Virus record (IMG/VR): IMGVR_UViG_3300014613_000017
Span: 63,184 to 127,183 of that record
Source: a virus
Reading direction: 5' to 3' (one strand)
DNA length: 64,000 nt
Below the pieces are notes generated by a model. It searched no databases, was not told where the DNA came from, and saw nothing but the letters and a program-made list of their open reading frames with translations. The position numbers and the translations under genes were made by a program. Positions 18,107 through 29,310 of the stretch are shown here, one piece after another. Position 1 is the first letter of the stretch, and each line of letters opens with the position of its first letter.

Positions 18107-19150
18107 ATGATAAGAATGGCAGGAAGAAAGGCTCACACTTATAAGGAAGTAGAAGAGCATTTAAACAACTACGGTTATACATTAGTAAGCACACAATACG
18201 TTAATCATACTAACAAGTTGGATATGAAGTGCAACAATAATCATGAATGCTCTATTAGCTTTAAAAATTTTAAAAACGATAAAAGATGTAGACAGTGTTT
18301 CTATGATAGAAGTAGAGAGAAACAAAGAATGAGCTTTGATGAAATCATAGAAAGAATAGAAGAACATGGATTTGAACTTTTATCAGACGACTCAAATTAC
18401 GTGAATTCCAAAAGTGAGATAATAGTAAAATGCCCTAATGGTCATGAATATGTCACATCAATTCAGAACATAAAATCTTCAAAATATAAATGCAAGCGAT
18501 GTGCTGATGAGAAAAAGTCTATTGAAAAAAGAACAAGTGGGAATATAGTTATAGAGTCATTTATAAATAAAGGCTTAATCCCAAAATTTAATGTTGAGTT
18601 TTATAAAAATGCAAATCAGAAGCTACCATATATATGCAAGAAACACATCTCTGAAGGAGTAAAATACACTACTTACGATGGACTGAAAAGAGGATTTTTT
18701 GTTTGTAAAAGTTGTTACATTGAACACAACAGAGCCGAGAACCACTGGAATTGGAGTAGTGGAGTAACATGCTTGTCAGACCATCTTAGGACTGTAATAT
18801 TGGATTGGAAGAAAGAAAGTATTAAACAATCAAACTATAGATGCGTAATAACTGGGGATGATTTCAATGTCATTCATCACCTATATAGCTTCGACAATAT
18901 ACTGAAAGACACTTTAAAAAATACAGGTATAGATTTAAGAAGAGAAATCAGTGATTACACTGACTCAGAATTAAAAATAATAGAAAAAGAGTGTATAAGA
19001 ATACACAGTGAAAAAATAGGCGTTTGTTTAAGAAGTGATATCCACTTGTTATTTCATGATGTATTCGGCTACGGCAATAATACTCCTGAACAATTTGAGG
19101 AATATAAAAATAGATTTAATAATGGAGAATTTGATGGACAGCTAAAATAG
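18107..19150 (+). CDS. free-standing HNH-type homing endonuclease with Zn-finger repeats
   Basis: Repeated CxxGH...CxxC modules; C-terminal CVITG...VIHHL...LFHDVFG. Confidence 0.65.
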   Translation: MIRMAGRKAHTYKEVEEHLNNYGYTLVSTQYVNHTNKLDMKCNNNHECSISFKNFKNDKRCRQCFYDRSREKQRMSFDEIIERIEEHGFELLSDDSNYVNSKSEIIVKCPNGHEYVTSIQNIKSSKYKCKRCADEKKSIEKRTSGNIVIESFINKGLIPKFNVEFYKNANQKLPYICKKHISEGVKYTTYDGLKRGFFVCKSCYIEHNRAENHWNWSSGVTCLSDHLRTVILDWKKESIKQSNYRCVITGDDFNVIHHLYSFDNILKDTLKNTGIDLRREISDYTDSELKIIEKECIRIHSEKIGVCLRSDIHLLFHDVFGYGNNTPEQFEEYKNRFNNGEFDGQLK

Positions 19151-19193
19151 TGAATTATAAGTAAAAACGAAAGAAAGGAGATACTAAATATAG

Positions 19194-20078
19194 ATGACAA
19201 CTAAGAAAGAATCAACTAAAAAACCTGCCGTAAAAAAGACTTGTCTCAAGTGTTCCAAAGAGCAGGTCTTTTCTAACTTCTATAGTACGACTGACACTGA
19301 CTACTACGAAGACGGAAAATTACCTATTTGTAAAGGTTGTTGCCAAAGAAATATCGAGGCAAAAGGATTCGAAGGTTTTCAAGCATTGATGAGAATGATA
19401 AACAAACCAATTTATGATGATTTGTTTAAGGGTGATTATTTTGAGTACGTAAAGAATATTAATTCGTTACCACAGTATCGCTCTAATACTTTTCTTGATA
19501 GTTCTTTATTTAAGGATAACAAGTCCTTAGAGCTAACTAAGAGAGCTAAACCGAAAGACCTTACTGCTGATGAACTTCGAGAAGCTGAAGACTTTTTTGG
19601 TCTCGGTTTTAGCGAGCAGGAGTATATATGGTTGAATTCAGAGTTTGAAGACTATGGTTCACAATTCGATATATCTGCAAAACCAATGCAAAACTTAATA
19701 CGTGAAATCTGTCTTACTCAGCTAGACATTAGAAATAAGAGAACAGCTAAACAAGATGTAAAAAATGAATTAAAAACACTACAAGATTTGCTAGGCTCGT
19801 CAAATTTGAAGCCCATGCAAGAGACAGGAGCACCCTCAATAGATCAAGAAACATTCGGAACTTTAATTAAGAAGTGGGAAGATTCAACCCCTATACCCGA
19901 TGATGAAATGTGGAAAGACACTGATACAATTGGTAAATATTTAAAAGTGTGGTTCACAGGTCATCTAATGCGAATGTTCAGCATTGAGAATAAAGATGAA
20001 GAAGAGTATTATGCTGAAATAAATAAATACACTGTTGAAGCTTCTGAAGACGAAGGTGAAGAAGATGACAGGACATAA
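19194..20078 (+). CDS. YonG-like protein, putative terminase small subunit
   Basis: N-terminal CxxC/CxxC; directly upstream of and overlapping the large terminase. Confidence 0.55.
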   Translation: MTTKKESTKKPAVKKTCLKCSKEQVFSNFYSTTDTDYYEDGKLPICKGCCQRNIEAKGFEGFQALMRMINKPIYDDLFKGDYFEYVKNINSLPQYRSNTFLDSSLFKDNKSLELTKRAKPKDLTADELREAEDFFGLGFSEQEYIWLNSEFEDYGSQFDISAKPMQNLIREICLTQLDIRNKRTAKQDVKNELKTLQDLLGSSNLKPMQETGAPSIDQETFGTLIKKWEDSTPIPDDEMWKDTDTIGKYLKVWFTGHLMRMFSIENKDEEEYYAEINKYTVEASEDEGEEDDRT

Positions 20079-21852
20079 AAACTTTCAGGTTAATCGAAAC
20101 AAAGCTACAAAAGGCGTAAATATTTTCAACTCTGGACGAAATCATAGAACCAAGCAATCTAAATCAGAGAAGATGATGAACGGGGTTGCAATATGGGCTT
20201 CATGGTATCGTTTTCGTATGGATATTTTTGTAAAAGATTACTTAGGAATACAACTTAAACTGTTTCAGATTTTATTGATTTACGCAATGCAAAACAATCA
20301 TTTCTTCATGTATCTCGCAAGTCGTGGACAAGGAAAATCGTTCTTATCTGCTGTTTATGCAGTGTCTCGTTGTATTCTTTATCCAAATACAATCGTCGTG
20401 ATTGCCTCAGGAACAAAAGGTCAAGCCACCAGCGTCCTAAAGAAAATAGAAGAAATGATGCCCGACTCTCCTAATCTAAGGCGAGAAATATCAGATATAA
20501 AAACAGGAGCAAACAACGCAGAGTGCTCATTTCATAATGGTTCTGTAATACGGGTCGTAACTTCAAATGACAATGCAAGATCGGCTCGTGCCCACATAAT
20601 TCTAGTTGATGAATTCCGTATGGTTGACTTACAAGTAATTTCAAAAGTATTAAGAAAGTTTTTAACTACACCAAGACAAGCTGGTTATCATGCTAATCCT
20701 GAGTTTGCTCACCTACAAGAACGTAACAAGGAGATTTACTTAAGCTCATGTTTCTATAAATCACATTGGTCATGGGCAAGAGCACAAACCTACTTCAAGG
20801 CAATGGTAGAAGGCAAAAAGTATTTCATATGTAGCTTACCCTATCAGTTAGCCATCAAAGAAAATCTTCTTATGAGGGATCAAGTTTTAGATGAAATGTC
20901 TGAATCAGATTTCGACCCTATTGGTTGGGAGATGGAGATGCAAGCATTATGGTTTGGAGAGAATGAACGCTCTTACTTCAGTTTCGAAGACTTAAATGTA
21001 AACAGGAAAGTAGCAAAAGCATTTTATCCTTCTGAAATAGCTGAACATATAAATGATAAAAAAATAGCTATTAAGAAAGAAAAAGGCGAGATTAGAATAG
21101 TCTCAGCAGATATTGCAGCAAAAGGCGGTTCTGCCAATGATGCGACTGCACTGTTTTGTGTAAGACTTATTCCAATTAGTAATGGTTATGAGAGACAAGT
21201 GGTATATGCTGAAACTTTTGAAGGTGGAATTGTCACAGACCAAAGTTTGAGAATAAATCAGCTTTATCATGAATTCGCAGCAGATTATATTGTGCTTGAT
21301 ACGATGAACGCAGGTATTTTCTTACTAGATATTCTTGGTCAAGGTCAAATAAACGTAAGAAATGGACAGGAATACCCTCCATTAAAATGTATGAACGATG
21401 ATGATTTGGCGAAACGCTGTGTCTATTCGGATGCTCCGAAGGTTATTTACTCTATTCAAGGTAGTGCAAAATTAAATAGTAAAATTGCCGTTTCAATGAG
21501 AAACGCCTTAAGAAATAAAAAACTTAAACTCATGATTCATGAAAATGACGCAGAAGAGATATTAACAAGCATTAAGGGGTATAGCAATCTACCAGAAGAC
21601 TTAAAGATTAAGTTTAAAATGCCATTTATACAAACAAGCTTACTTATTAACGAAACAATAAACCTTGAAGCAAGTTATAACGACCAAGGTGAAGTATCAC
21701 TAAAAGAAGTGGGAAGTGCACGAAAAGATAGATACTCCTCACTAAGTTATTTAAACATGTTCGCTGATACACTTGAGATTAAAAATCGAAAGCAAAAAAC
21801 AGATGTTGATATTTCAAAAATGTTTATGATTAAAAAAGGCAAGTCTTATTAA
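20065..21852 (+). CDS. terL: terminase large subunit (YonF-like)
   Basis: Walker A ASRGQGKS, Walker B ILVDEFR, nuclease-domain DIA and DRYS motifs. Confidence 0.85.
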   Translation: MTGHKNFQVNRNKATKGVNIFNSGRNHRTKQSKSEKMMNGVAIWASWYRFRMDIFVKDYLGIQLKLFQILLIYAMQNNHFFMYLASRGQGKSFLSAVYAVSRCILYPNTIVVIASGTKGQATSVLKKIEEMMPDSPNLRREISDIKTGANNAECSFHNGSVIRVVTSNDNARSARAHIILVDEFRMVDLQVISKVLRKFLTTPRQAGYHANPEFAHLQERNKEIYLSSCFYKSHWSWARAQTYFKAMVEGKKYFICSLPYQLAIKENLLMRDQVLDEMSESDFDPIGWEMEMQALWFGENERSYFSFEDLNVNRKVAKAFYPSEIAEHINDKKIAIKKEKGEIRIVSADIAAKGGSANDATALFCVRLIPISNGYERQVVYAETFEGGIVTDQSLRINQLYHEFAADYIVLDTMNAGIFLLDILGQGQINVRNGQEYPPLKCMNDDDLAKRCVYSDAPKVIYSIQGSAKLNSKIAVSMRNALRNKKLKLMIHENDAEEILTSIKGYSNLPEDLKIKFKMPFIQTSLLINETINLEASYNDQGEVSLKEVGSARKDRYSSLSYLNMFADTLEIKNRKQKTDVDISKMFMIKKGKSY

Positions 21853-21880
21853 TCAACTATAAACGAAAGGAGTGAAATTA

Positions 21881-23407
21881 TTGAACAATAAACAAATTAA
21901 CAAGCAATCATCGAAACAGCAAACTTTCAGAGTAGCTAATAATCCAGCTTATAAAAAGCAGCAGTCTGAATTACAAGAGCAAGAACGCAGAATCAATCGA
22001 CAGAAAATGTTCGCATCTGTTCAAAAAATGAAATACCTGTACAACAATAAATTTAATGGCAAAACATCTTTATCCAAGTTTGATGTTGAAACCATCTCAC
22101 TATACTTACAAAATCCTGTGGCTAATGAGAAAAAAATTCGTGACTTATCCAGCTATTTATACAATGTGAATTCACAATACAAATTAATAATTAACTATCT
22201 TGCTTTAATGCCAATGTACGCATACAAGCTAACACCAACAGGCAATCCTTTTGACAAGAAAGACAAGATTAAAAAACGTGACCATTTCATTAAGATGCTA
22301 CAGTATATCGAAAAATTAAATCTTCGCCATGAAATGATTACTGTAATGAGAGTAGCTTTCAGAGAAGATACTTTTTATGGTTATGAACATGAGTCGAAAG
22401 ATTCCTTCTTCATTCAGAAAATGGACGCTGATTATTGCCGTATCTCCTCTAAAGAGGATGGAGCTTTTAACTTTGCGTTTAACTTTTCATTCTTCGATGG
22501 ACGAAAAGATTTGTTACCTTTATATGCTCAAGAATTTGGTGAAAAATATCAACAATATCAAGCTACAAAAGAACCTTGGATTGAACTAGACTCTGACAAA
22601 ACAATTGTCATTAAAGTGAATGAGGATATACAAGATTTTGCTTTGCCTCCATTAAACGGAATGTTCGAAGCGATATTTGACTATGACGAGTATAAAAAAA
22701 TCAATAAAGCGAAATCAAAATTAGATGTATTCATGGCACTTATTCAAAAGATTCCACTTGATGAGAAAAATCCAGAAATGAACAAATTTTTGATTGATCT
22801 CGATTTAGCCGCAAGTTTTCACCAACAGGCAGAGGGAGGCTTGCCCGAGGGGGTCACGCTAATTACTAGTCCGATGTCGATGGAAGCTGTGAAAATGGAA
22901 AAAGGACGTTCTGACCAAGATGTTGTTGCTCAAGCATTGCGAGCTGTATACGACGCAGGTGGTGTTAGTCAATTTATTCACAACTCAGATAAAAACACTG
23001 GAGTGGGATTGGATAAGTCAATCCTTACTGATGAGGAATTGGTTATGGCTGTATTGCGTCAAATAGAACGTTGGGTTAATAGGAAGATAAAAAAGATGTC
23101 AGGAAACTTTAAATATAAATTTGAATTCCTTGATATGACTATCTTCAATAAAGAAACTTTCTATGAGAAATATTTAAAAGCAGCTCAATTTGGTGTTCCA
23201 GTCAAACTTGAAATTGGTGCATCTTTAGGGTTATCTCCTTTAGATGTAATTAACAAAGCTATATTAGAGAATGACATATTGGGATTAAGTGATATGTTTA
23301 TCCCACTTACTTCTGCTCACACTCAGTCTTTAGACGATGGTGGTAGACCTAAAAAATCTGAAGATGATATTTCTGCGTCAACAGAGGTTAATAGAAATAA
23401 CGAATAA
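21881..23407 (+). CDS. portal protein (YonE-like)
   Basis: About 510 aa directly after terL; SPbeta-like gene order; TTG start after RBS AGGAG. Confidence 0.7.
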   Translation: MNNKQINKQSSKQQTFRVANNPAYKKQQSELQEQERRINRQKMFASVQKMKYLYNNKFNGKTSLSKFDVETISLYLQNPVANEKKIRDLSSYLYNVNSQYKLIINYLALMPMYAYKLTPTGNPFDKKDKIKKRDHFIKMLQYIEKLNLRHEMITVMRVAFREDTFYGYEHESKDSFFIQKMDADYCRISSKEDGAFNFAFNFSFFDGRKDLLPLYAQEFGEKYQQYQATKEPWIELDSDKTIVIKVNEDIQDFALPPLNGMFEAIFDYDEYKKINKAKSKLDVFMALIQKIPLDEKNPEMNKFLIDLDLAASFHQQAEGGLPEGVTLITSPMSMEAVKMEKGRSDQDVVAQALRAVYDAGGVSQFIHNSDKNTGVGLDKSILTDEELVMAVLRQIERWVNRKIKKMSGNFKYKFEFLDMTIFNKETFYEKYLKAAQFGVPVKLEIGASLGLSPLDVINKAILENDILGLSDMFIPLTSAHTQSLDDGGRPKKSEDDISASTEVNRNNE

Positions 23408-23442
23408 GTAAATTATAATTATATTGTAAAGGGGATTATATT

Positions 23443-23607
23443 TTGAGGCTATTTTACTGTTACAGCAATTCTTTGAAAAGAGAGTTATTAGAAAAAGGAT
23501 TTAAGTATTTACATTCAGGTGTCCACAACAAAACCAAAAAGACTTTTTGGGTGTATGAAGGATCAGAAGAATTTAACGCTTATTTAAGACTCAGAGAAAA
23601 ATACTGA
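23443..23607 (+). CDS. small conserved-type phage protein (54 aa, TTG start)
   Basis: LRLFYCYSNSLKRELLEKGFKYLHSGVHNKTKKTFWVYE...; RBS AGGGG; not in ORF track. Confidence 0.55.
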   Translation: MRLFYCYSNSLKRELLEKGFKYLHSGVHNKTKKTFWVYEGSEEFNAYLRLREKY

Positions 23608-23651
23608 GTCTTTTTATATTTTGAAAATTATATTTTGAAGGAGATTAAATT

Positions 23652-25007
23652 ATGGGTAAGCTATCGGTTTGGACAGAAGAGGAACTAGAAATTATCAAGA
23701 GTTGTGATGGTATGACTTACGATGCTATTCAAGTATTGATACCATCTAAAAGCAGAGACGCAATCGCTTACAAATGTAAAACGTTAGGAATAAAAGCACT
23801 AAAGAAAAACAATAGGTGGACTAAAGAAGAGGATGCGTTTTTAACTTCTTTTTCCAAAGGAAAGACGTATGAGGAGATTAAACGCACTTTTCCAAATAGG
23901 ACTCCTCAAGCCGTTGAAATGAGATGTCAACAACTTAATATCACAGAGGGCATCATTTTGAACCCGACTAGTTGGTCTGTTGAAGAAACAGAAATCTTAA
24001 GAAGTTTATATCCTAGTACTCATATTGATAAATTAGTAGCATTGTTTCCAAACAGAAGCAAAGAATCTATATGCACTCAAGCTATAAGAATGCGACTGTG
24101 TAAAAACAAATCTTATACAGACGCAAAAAAGAAGTTAAACCCTTCATGTTTGCTAGCAGTATTCAGTAGATATAAAGAAGTTTTAGAAGGAAATCAATCA
24201 TGTTACTTCTATGAAAACAAAACACATATCTCAATTTTATTTAAATACTATTTAAAAAGAAACAATATCCCTAATACAAAAGAATACATTATAAACAATT
24301 TCCATTTTGGAACTCTGTTAGAAGACGCTAAATTAAAACCAATTGTAAAGAAGCTATTTAACGGATACTTTGACTTCATTAGTTTTTGCTTTCCTCTGTA
24401 CAAATTTAAAATTTGGGAATTTAAGAAATTAGATGTTCCTAATGGATACTGGGATAATGACATTAACTGTTTTGAGTGCATAGAAGAATCTATATCGGAT
24501 ATGAAAAAAGACAATATTATTGACAATGATTGTGAAATTCTCTCCTTATCTTTTGGGACGCTCAAACAATATATTAACAAAACTCTTATTTCTCTTCGCA
24601 ATAAGGACATTCTAATAAAGTTTCTAGATTTTAATGGTGTAGCTTATAACCCCTCTGAATACAAAGTCTTTGATGGGGTTGTATTTGATAGCTTCGAAGA
24701 GATGGAAGTTTATAAATTAATTAAATCGCTTGGATACGAAATTCAAAAGCTTTCTAAAAAAGACAAGTTGAACAACTTAGAAGAAAACGAGAGCTATATC
24801 CCTGATTTCCTATTAAATCAAGAAGTGCTAGTTGAATATTATGGCTTGTGGGGCGCATCAGGAATCTTTGAAAGCTACAGCAAGAAAACACTAAGAAAAA
24901 ACGACTTCTATAAAAATAGCGGATATAAGCTTATCGCACTTTATCCTGATGATTTAAAAGAAAACTACAAAGGCATAAAGAGTAAATTGTCAAAGTATGT
25001 TAATTAA
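23652..25007 (+). CDS. putative endonuclease: Myb/SANT-like W-repeats plus C-terminal PD-(D/E)xK domain
   Basis: WTEEELEII / WTKEEDAFL / WSVEETEIL repeats; YIPDFLL...VEYYGLW. Confidence 0.6.
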   Translation: MGKLSVWTEEELEIIKSCDGMTYDAIQVLIPSKSRDAIAYKCKTLGIKALKKNNRWTKEEDAFLTSFSKGKTYEEIKRTFPNRTPQAVEMRCQQLNITEGIILNPTSWSVEETEILRSLYPSTHIDKLVALFPNRSKESICTQAIRMRLCKNKSYTDAKKKLNPSCLLAVFSRYKEVLEGNQSCYFYENKTHISILFKYYLKRNNIPNTKEYIINNFHFGTLLEDAKLKPIVKKLFNGYFDFISFCFPLYKFKIWEFKKLDVPNGYWDNDINCFECIEESISDMKKDNIIDNDCEILSLSFGTLKQYINKTLISLRNKDILIKFLDFNGVAYNPSEYKVFDGVVFDSFEEMEVYKLIKSLGYEIQKLSKKDKLNNLEENESYIPDFLLNQEVLVEYYGLWGASGIFESYSKKTLRKNDFYKNSGYKLIALYPDDLKENYKGIKSKLSKYVN

Positions 25008-25034
25008 TCTCTCAACTTGAGAGGAGGTGAAAAA

Positions 25035-26549
25035 TTGAAAGTAAAAAACACTCTTAACTTTGATGGAAGTGTTGTAGAATCTGAAAACTTTAACAGTTCA
25101 TTCTATAAGGTAAAAATGAAAGTTTTCGCATTTGGAGATAACAGGAATGGATCGAATTTTTCACCATCTAGCTTCTCTGAGCAAACTCAGAAAAGTATCT
25201 CATTAATTCCTATTGTTGCTAAGTACAATGCAGAGGAAGACGATTTAGAAGGTCACAATGTCACTCTGAAAAAAGACAACAATGGTGAATATGAATTCTA
25301 TTTTGATACTTACCCAATTGGCGTTGTTTCAAATGACAACAATATTACTCTAGAAGAAGTTAATGAAGGCACAGAAGATACGCCAGACATTAAAACATAC
25401 GTCATAGTAGATAACATTTACCTGTGGAAACGCTATGAGGCTACTAAGAAGATTATTTCTTGGTTAGAGGAAGGCGTTTCACCAAAAATCAGCATGGAAA
25501 TTGATAATGTTCAAGGTCAGTTTAGTGACAATGGATATTTCCAGATTGAATCGTTTGAGTTTCAAGCTATTACTGCTTTAGGAAGTGAAATTGAACCTTG
25601 TTTCCCTCGTGCAGAAATTGAAACGTATGCGAAACAGGATTTCAAAGAAGAATTTAAAGCACTGGTTTATGAACTCAATGAAACACTTAAAATAAACCAG
25701 CAAGGAGGTACAGGAATGGAAGACATCAAAGAAACAGAAGTAATCGAAGTGGCAGAAAATTTCGAGGAAACTCCAGTCGTTGAAACGGAAGTTGTTGAAG
25801 AAGTTGTTGCAGAACAATTTGAAACTCCAGCAGAAGAAGAAACGATTGAAGTAGTTGCAGAAGAATTCGAAGCTGAAACAGTTGAATCAACTGAAGAAGT
25901 GACTACAGAAGAAGTTGTTGAAGTTGAGGAAGCTCAGCAAGAACAACCTGTTCAAGAATTCGCTTTAACAGCTCGTCAACTACAAGATCAACTTCGCAAT
26001 GCATTAAGCAAAGAAACACACGTTGACCGTTGGGGAGACTCATGCCGTAACTATTGGTATGTAGACCACACAGATTCAGCAGTAATCTTTGAGAATGTTC
26101 AAGATGGCTATCAACTATATGCGACAGATTACACATTAAACGGGGACAATGTTGAACTGCAACTTAATGACGCATACAAGGTGAAAGTTGAGTATGTAGC
26201 ATTTGAGGGAGATTCAGTAGCATTCACAGCTAATCATGAGCGTTTCGAGTCTGAGCAATCAGCAACTCAAGCTAAGATTGATACTTTGAACTCTTACAAA
26301 CGCACTCGTGAAGAAGAAGATTTACAAGCTAAATTTGCTGATAAACTATCAGCAGAAGAATTCACTCAGGTATTCACAGAAATGAAAGAATTAGAGTTGG
26401 ATAAAGTTGAAGAGAAATTATTCGCATTAATTGGCAAGAAAAACTTCACAGTTAGCAAACCAGCAACACAAGTTAATAAAGTATCATTCTCGTTGCCAAA
26501 GGAAGAGGACACAGTCCATAATCCTTATGGCGATATTTTTGAAGATTAA
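25035..26549 (+). CDS. prohead protease/scaffold (YonD-like)
   Basis: Protease-like N-half (KISMEI...EPCF), acidic coiled-coil C-half, upstream of capsid genes. Confidence 0.65.
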   Translation: MKVKNTLNFDGSVVESENFNSSFYKVKMKVFAFGDNRNGSNFSPSSFSEQTQKSISLIPIVAKYNAEEDDLEGHNVTLKKDNNGEYEFYFDTYPIGVVSNDNNITLEEVNEGTEDTPDIKTYVIVDNIYLWKRYEATKKIISWLEEGVSPKISMEIDNVQGQFSDNGYFQIESFEFQAITALGSEIEPCFPRAEIETYAKQDFKEEFKALVYELNETLKINQQGGTGMEDIKETEVIEVAENFEETPVVETEVVEEVVAEQFETPAEEETIEVVAEEFEAETVESTEEVTTEEVVEVEEAQQEQPVQEFALTARQLQDQLRNALSKETHVDRWGDSCRNYWYVDHTDSAVIFENVQDGYQLYATDYTLNGDNVELQLNDAYKVKVEYVAFEGDSVAFTANHERFESEQSATQAKIDTLNSYKRTREEEDLQAKFADKLSAEEFTQVFTEMKELELDKVEEKLFALIGKKNFTVSKPATQVNKVSFSLPKEEDTVHNPYGDIFED

Positions 26550-26579
26550 ATAATAAGAAAACAAATGGAGGAATAAATA

Positions 26580-27119
26580 ATGGTAGTTAAATCAGTAGTA
26601 CGTTTAGATGATTCAAGATTTCCAAATGGAGATGTGTTCAATGTTCGTGGAACAGTGGCACTTCAAAATGGTTATGTAGGTAAGTTAGGGGCAGTTGAGG
26701 CAGCTAATCGTGATATTCGTGCTTTAGTAGCACCAACTTCAGTAGATAAGATTGTTCTTGTCGCTAATCCAGCAATGATTTATGATAATGGTCGTTTAGG
26801 CTCAGGCTTAGAAAACCAATACGAAATGGAAGCAAATGAAGCTGTTCGTGCATATGGGTTACGTGAAACATATGAGCTAGGCATCTCTCGTGAAGGTATT
26901 ACTTTAGTTGGTGCAGCGGCTGTTGCAGGAAACTATGTTGTTGTTGCTGACGGTTCTCATAAATTAAAAGAAATTACAGCAGCAGCTTATGACGCACTTG
27001 TTACTAAACCAGCTTTTGCAGGAAAAATCATCCGTGAAGATGCAGTTGGTGGAGCATTAGCTATTAACGTTTCACAAACACCAACTATTTATGTAGTTTT
27101 TGAAGTCGTATCTAACTAA
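26580..27119 (+). CDS. head decoration/structural protein (YonC-like)
   Basis: Position, and highly-expressed-type codon usage. Confidence 0.55.
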   Translation: MVVKSVVRLDDSRFPNGDVFNVRGTVALQNGYVGKLGAVEAANRDIRALVAPTSVDKIVLVANPAMIYDNGRLGSGLENQYEMEANEAVRAYGLRETYELGISREGITLVGAAAVAGNYVVVADGSHKLKEITAAAYDALVTKPAFAGKIIREDAVGGALAINVSQTPTIYVVFEVVSN

Positions 27120-27151
27120 AAATAAATTATAATTTAATGGAGGAATAAACA

Positions 27152-28165
27152 ATGGTAAATAAATTAGAATTAGTAGCGACATGTGTAGGTGTTGTAAACA
27201 ACCCTGAGCATGTACAACAGTTTTCGAAAGGCAAAAACCCTGACGCAGTAATCCGAGGAAAATTCTTCGAAATTATGGGTACAGAAAAGCCAACAATGAA
27301 AGATATCCGTCGTCATAAAGTTGAAATCTTCGAAATTATTGAAGAGGTTTTAACAGAAACATATCTTAAAGGCGTAGAAGAAGATGAGTTCTTCATGCGT
27401 TTCGCTGAGGTTCGTAACCTTAAATTAGGGGATTCTCAAGAATTCTTTATTGAAGATGAAGGTATCGTTATTGTTTCTGAACACGCAGGGAATAACTGGA
27501 AAATTTCTCGTCAAAAAATGGAAGGCGGAGCACCATTCTCTATTCGTACTAAAGCTTACGCTGCTGCAATTTACGGAGACTTCTTCCTATTTATTACAGG
27601 TCGTTTAACTTTCGGTAAACTAGTTGAAAAAGTTGCTAAAGGTATTCAAAACAAAATCTACGAAGAGGTTGCAGCATCATTCGCTTCAGGTTCAGCTAAC
27701 TTGCCAACTGTATTCAAAGAAACTGGAACATACGCTCAAGACAAATTAATTTCTCTTGTATCTCACGTTGCGGCGGCTACAGGTACTGAGCCAATCGTTG
27801 TTGGTACTCGTGCAGGAATTGCTACAGTAACTGCTGGTTTAAATGCAAATATGTATTCAGATGACATGAAGAATGAGCTTAACAACACAGGTCGTGTATC
27901 AAATGTAAATGGTATGACTCTTGTTCAGTTACCTGCTGTTCATAAAGCTAACACTTTCGATTTTGCTTATGATGACAAACAATTGTTAGTTTTACCTGCT
28001 AACGATGATCGTTTTATCAAAATCGTTTTCGAAGGCGAAGATTGGGTTAAAGAAACTACTGACAATACAGTTAATGAAGATATGTCTTTTGAGTATAAAT
28101 TCATTACTAAGTTCGGTACAGCTACTATCTTCTCAAGCCTTTTCGGAGTTTACACTTTATCTTAA
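27152..28165 (+). CDS. major capsid protein (YonB-like)
   Basis: 337 aa, SPbeta-like order, followed by a terminator hairpin. Confidence 0.7.
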   Translation: MVNKLELVATCVGVVNNPEHVQQFSKGKNPDAVIRGKFFEIMGTEKPTMKDIRRHKVEIFEIIEEVLTETYLKGVEEDEFFMRFAEVRNLKLGDSQEFFIEDEGIVIVSEHAGNNWKISRQKMEGGAPFSIRTKAYAAAIYGDFFLFITGRLTFGKLVEKVAKGIQNKIYEEVAASFASGSANLPTVFKETGTYAQDKLISLVSHVAAATGTEPIVVGTRAGIATVTAGLNANMYSDDMKNELNNTGRVSNVNGMTLVQLPAVHKANTFDFAYDDKQLLVLPANDDRFIKIVFEGEDWVKETTDNTVNEDMSFEYKFITKFGTATIFSSLFGVYTLS

Positions 28166-28192
28166 TTACCAAATTAATAAATTATAATTTAA

Positions 28193-28226
28193 ACACTCTT
28201 AGTCTCTTATGACTTTGAGTGTTTTC
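28193..28226 (+). terminator. intrinsic terminator after capsid gene
   Basis: AAACACTC...GAGTGTTTT stem followed by a T-rich run. Confidence 0.55.
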
Positions 28227-28262
28227 TTACAAAAATCATCGAATAAAAGGAGAATGCTACAA

Positions 28263-28859
28263 ATGGCTAAACAAACAAATAAAACAACAGGTGCACCTCG
28301 TAAAACTACACCTAAAAAAGAGACAGCAAAAAAAGTTGAGACTGTTGAAACAGAAACTGCTGAAGTTGAAGCACCAGTAGTAGAAAAGGCTAAACCAGCT
28401 CGTGCCAAACGTGTTGAAATTGACCGTGACGAATTAATTGCTTGCCGAAATGCAGTAGATGGAAGTCTTATTTATATAAGCGACCAAACGAGACAAAAAT
28501 ACAATTGGGATTCATATGGTCGAGTTCAGTATATTACAATGGGCGAACTAATGGTTATGCAAGGTTCTCAGCCTAGATTTCTAGATGATGTATGGTTAAT
28601 CATTGACGATGAAGAAGCTGCTCAGTATCTTGGTTTAACTAAGCGATACGAGTCACTAGTTGGACTAGAAGATTTAGACGCTTTCTTTGATTTATCTTTA
28701 AAGGAAATTGAAGAAATACTCCCTAAACTTCCTAATGGACTTAAAACAACTGTAGCGACAAGAGCACGAAAACTTATCCAAGAGAAGAAGCTAGATAGCG
28801 GAAACAAAATTAGACTTCTTGAGGAAAAGTTAAATATCGAATTAAAGATGTTTGAATAG
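28263..28859 (+). CDS. virion morphogenesis protein (YonA-like)
   Basis: ATG 28263 after RBS AGGAG; position. Confidence 0.55.
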   Translation: MAKQTNKTTGAPRKTTPKKETAKKVETVETETAEVEAPVVEKAKPARAKRVEIDRDELIACRNAVDGSLIYISDQTRQKYNWDSYGRVQYITMGELMVMQGSQPRFLDDVWLIIDDEEAAQYLGLTKRYESLVGLEDLDAFFDLSLKEIEEILPKLPNGLKTTVATRARKLIQEKKLDSGNKIRLLEEKLNIELKMFE

Positions 28860-28875
28860 AAAGGTGTGCATGTAA

Positions 28876-29310
28876 ATGGCTACACCATTCGGTGATATAT
28901 ATACACTATTTCTTTCTCAAGTTACAGATTATGAACTAGCTGTAATGGATGAAACCTCATTAGATGAAAACTTACAATTTTGGTTAATGAGTGCAATTGG
29001 ATTCTTTTCTAACTGTCGTCAAGATATATCTGAATTTGACTTAACAGCAAAACAATTCATTGCTGATCTAACAATAAATGAAAAACAAATCTTATCTAAA
29101 TTTATGGTTGTTGTTTATTTAGACACACACCTAATCAAAGAAGATTTAATGAAACAAACATTAAACTCCAAAGACTATCGAATGTACTCTCCAGCTAATC
29201 AAATCAAAGCACTAATTGAAATCAAATCCAAAATCAACTCAGAAGCAAACACACTCATGTCACGCTATTCCTACAGCCTCAAAAACCTAAAGGAATTGTT
29301 TAAACCATGA
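28876..29310 (+). CDS. head-tail adaptor-like protein
   Basis: Position after capsid; 144 aa. Confidence 0.5.
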   Translation: MATPFGDIYTLFLSQVTDYELAVMDETSLDENLQFWLMSAIGFFSNCRQDISEFDLTAKQFIADLTINEKQILSKFMVVVYLDTHLIKEDLMKQTLNSKDYRMYSPANQIKALIEIKSKINSEANTLMSRYSYSLKNLKELFKP

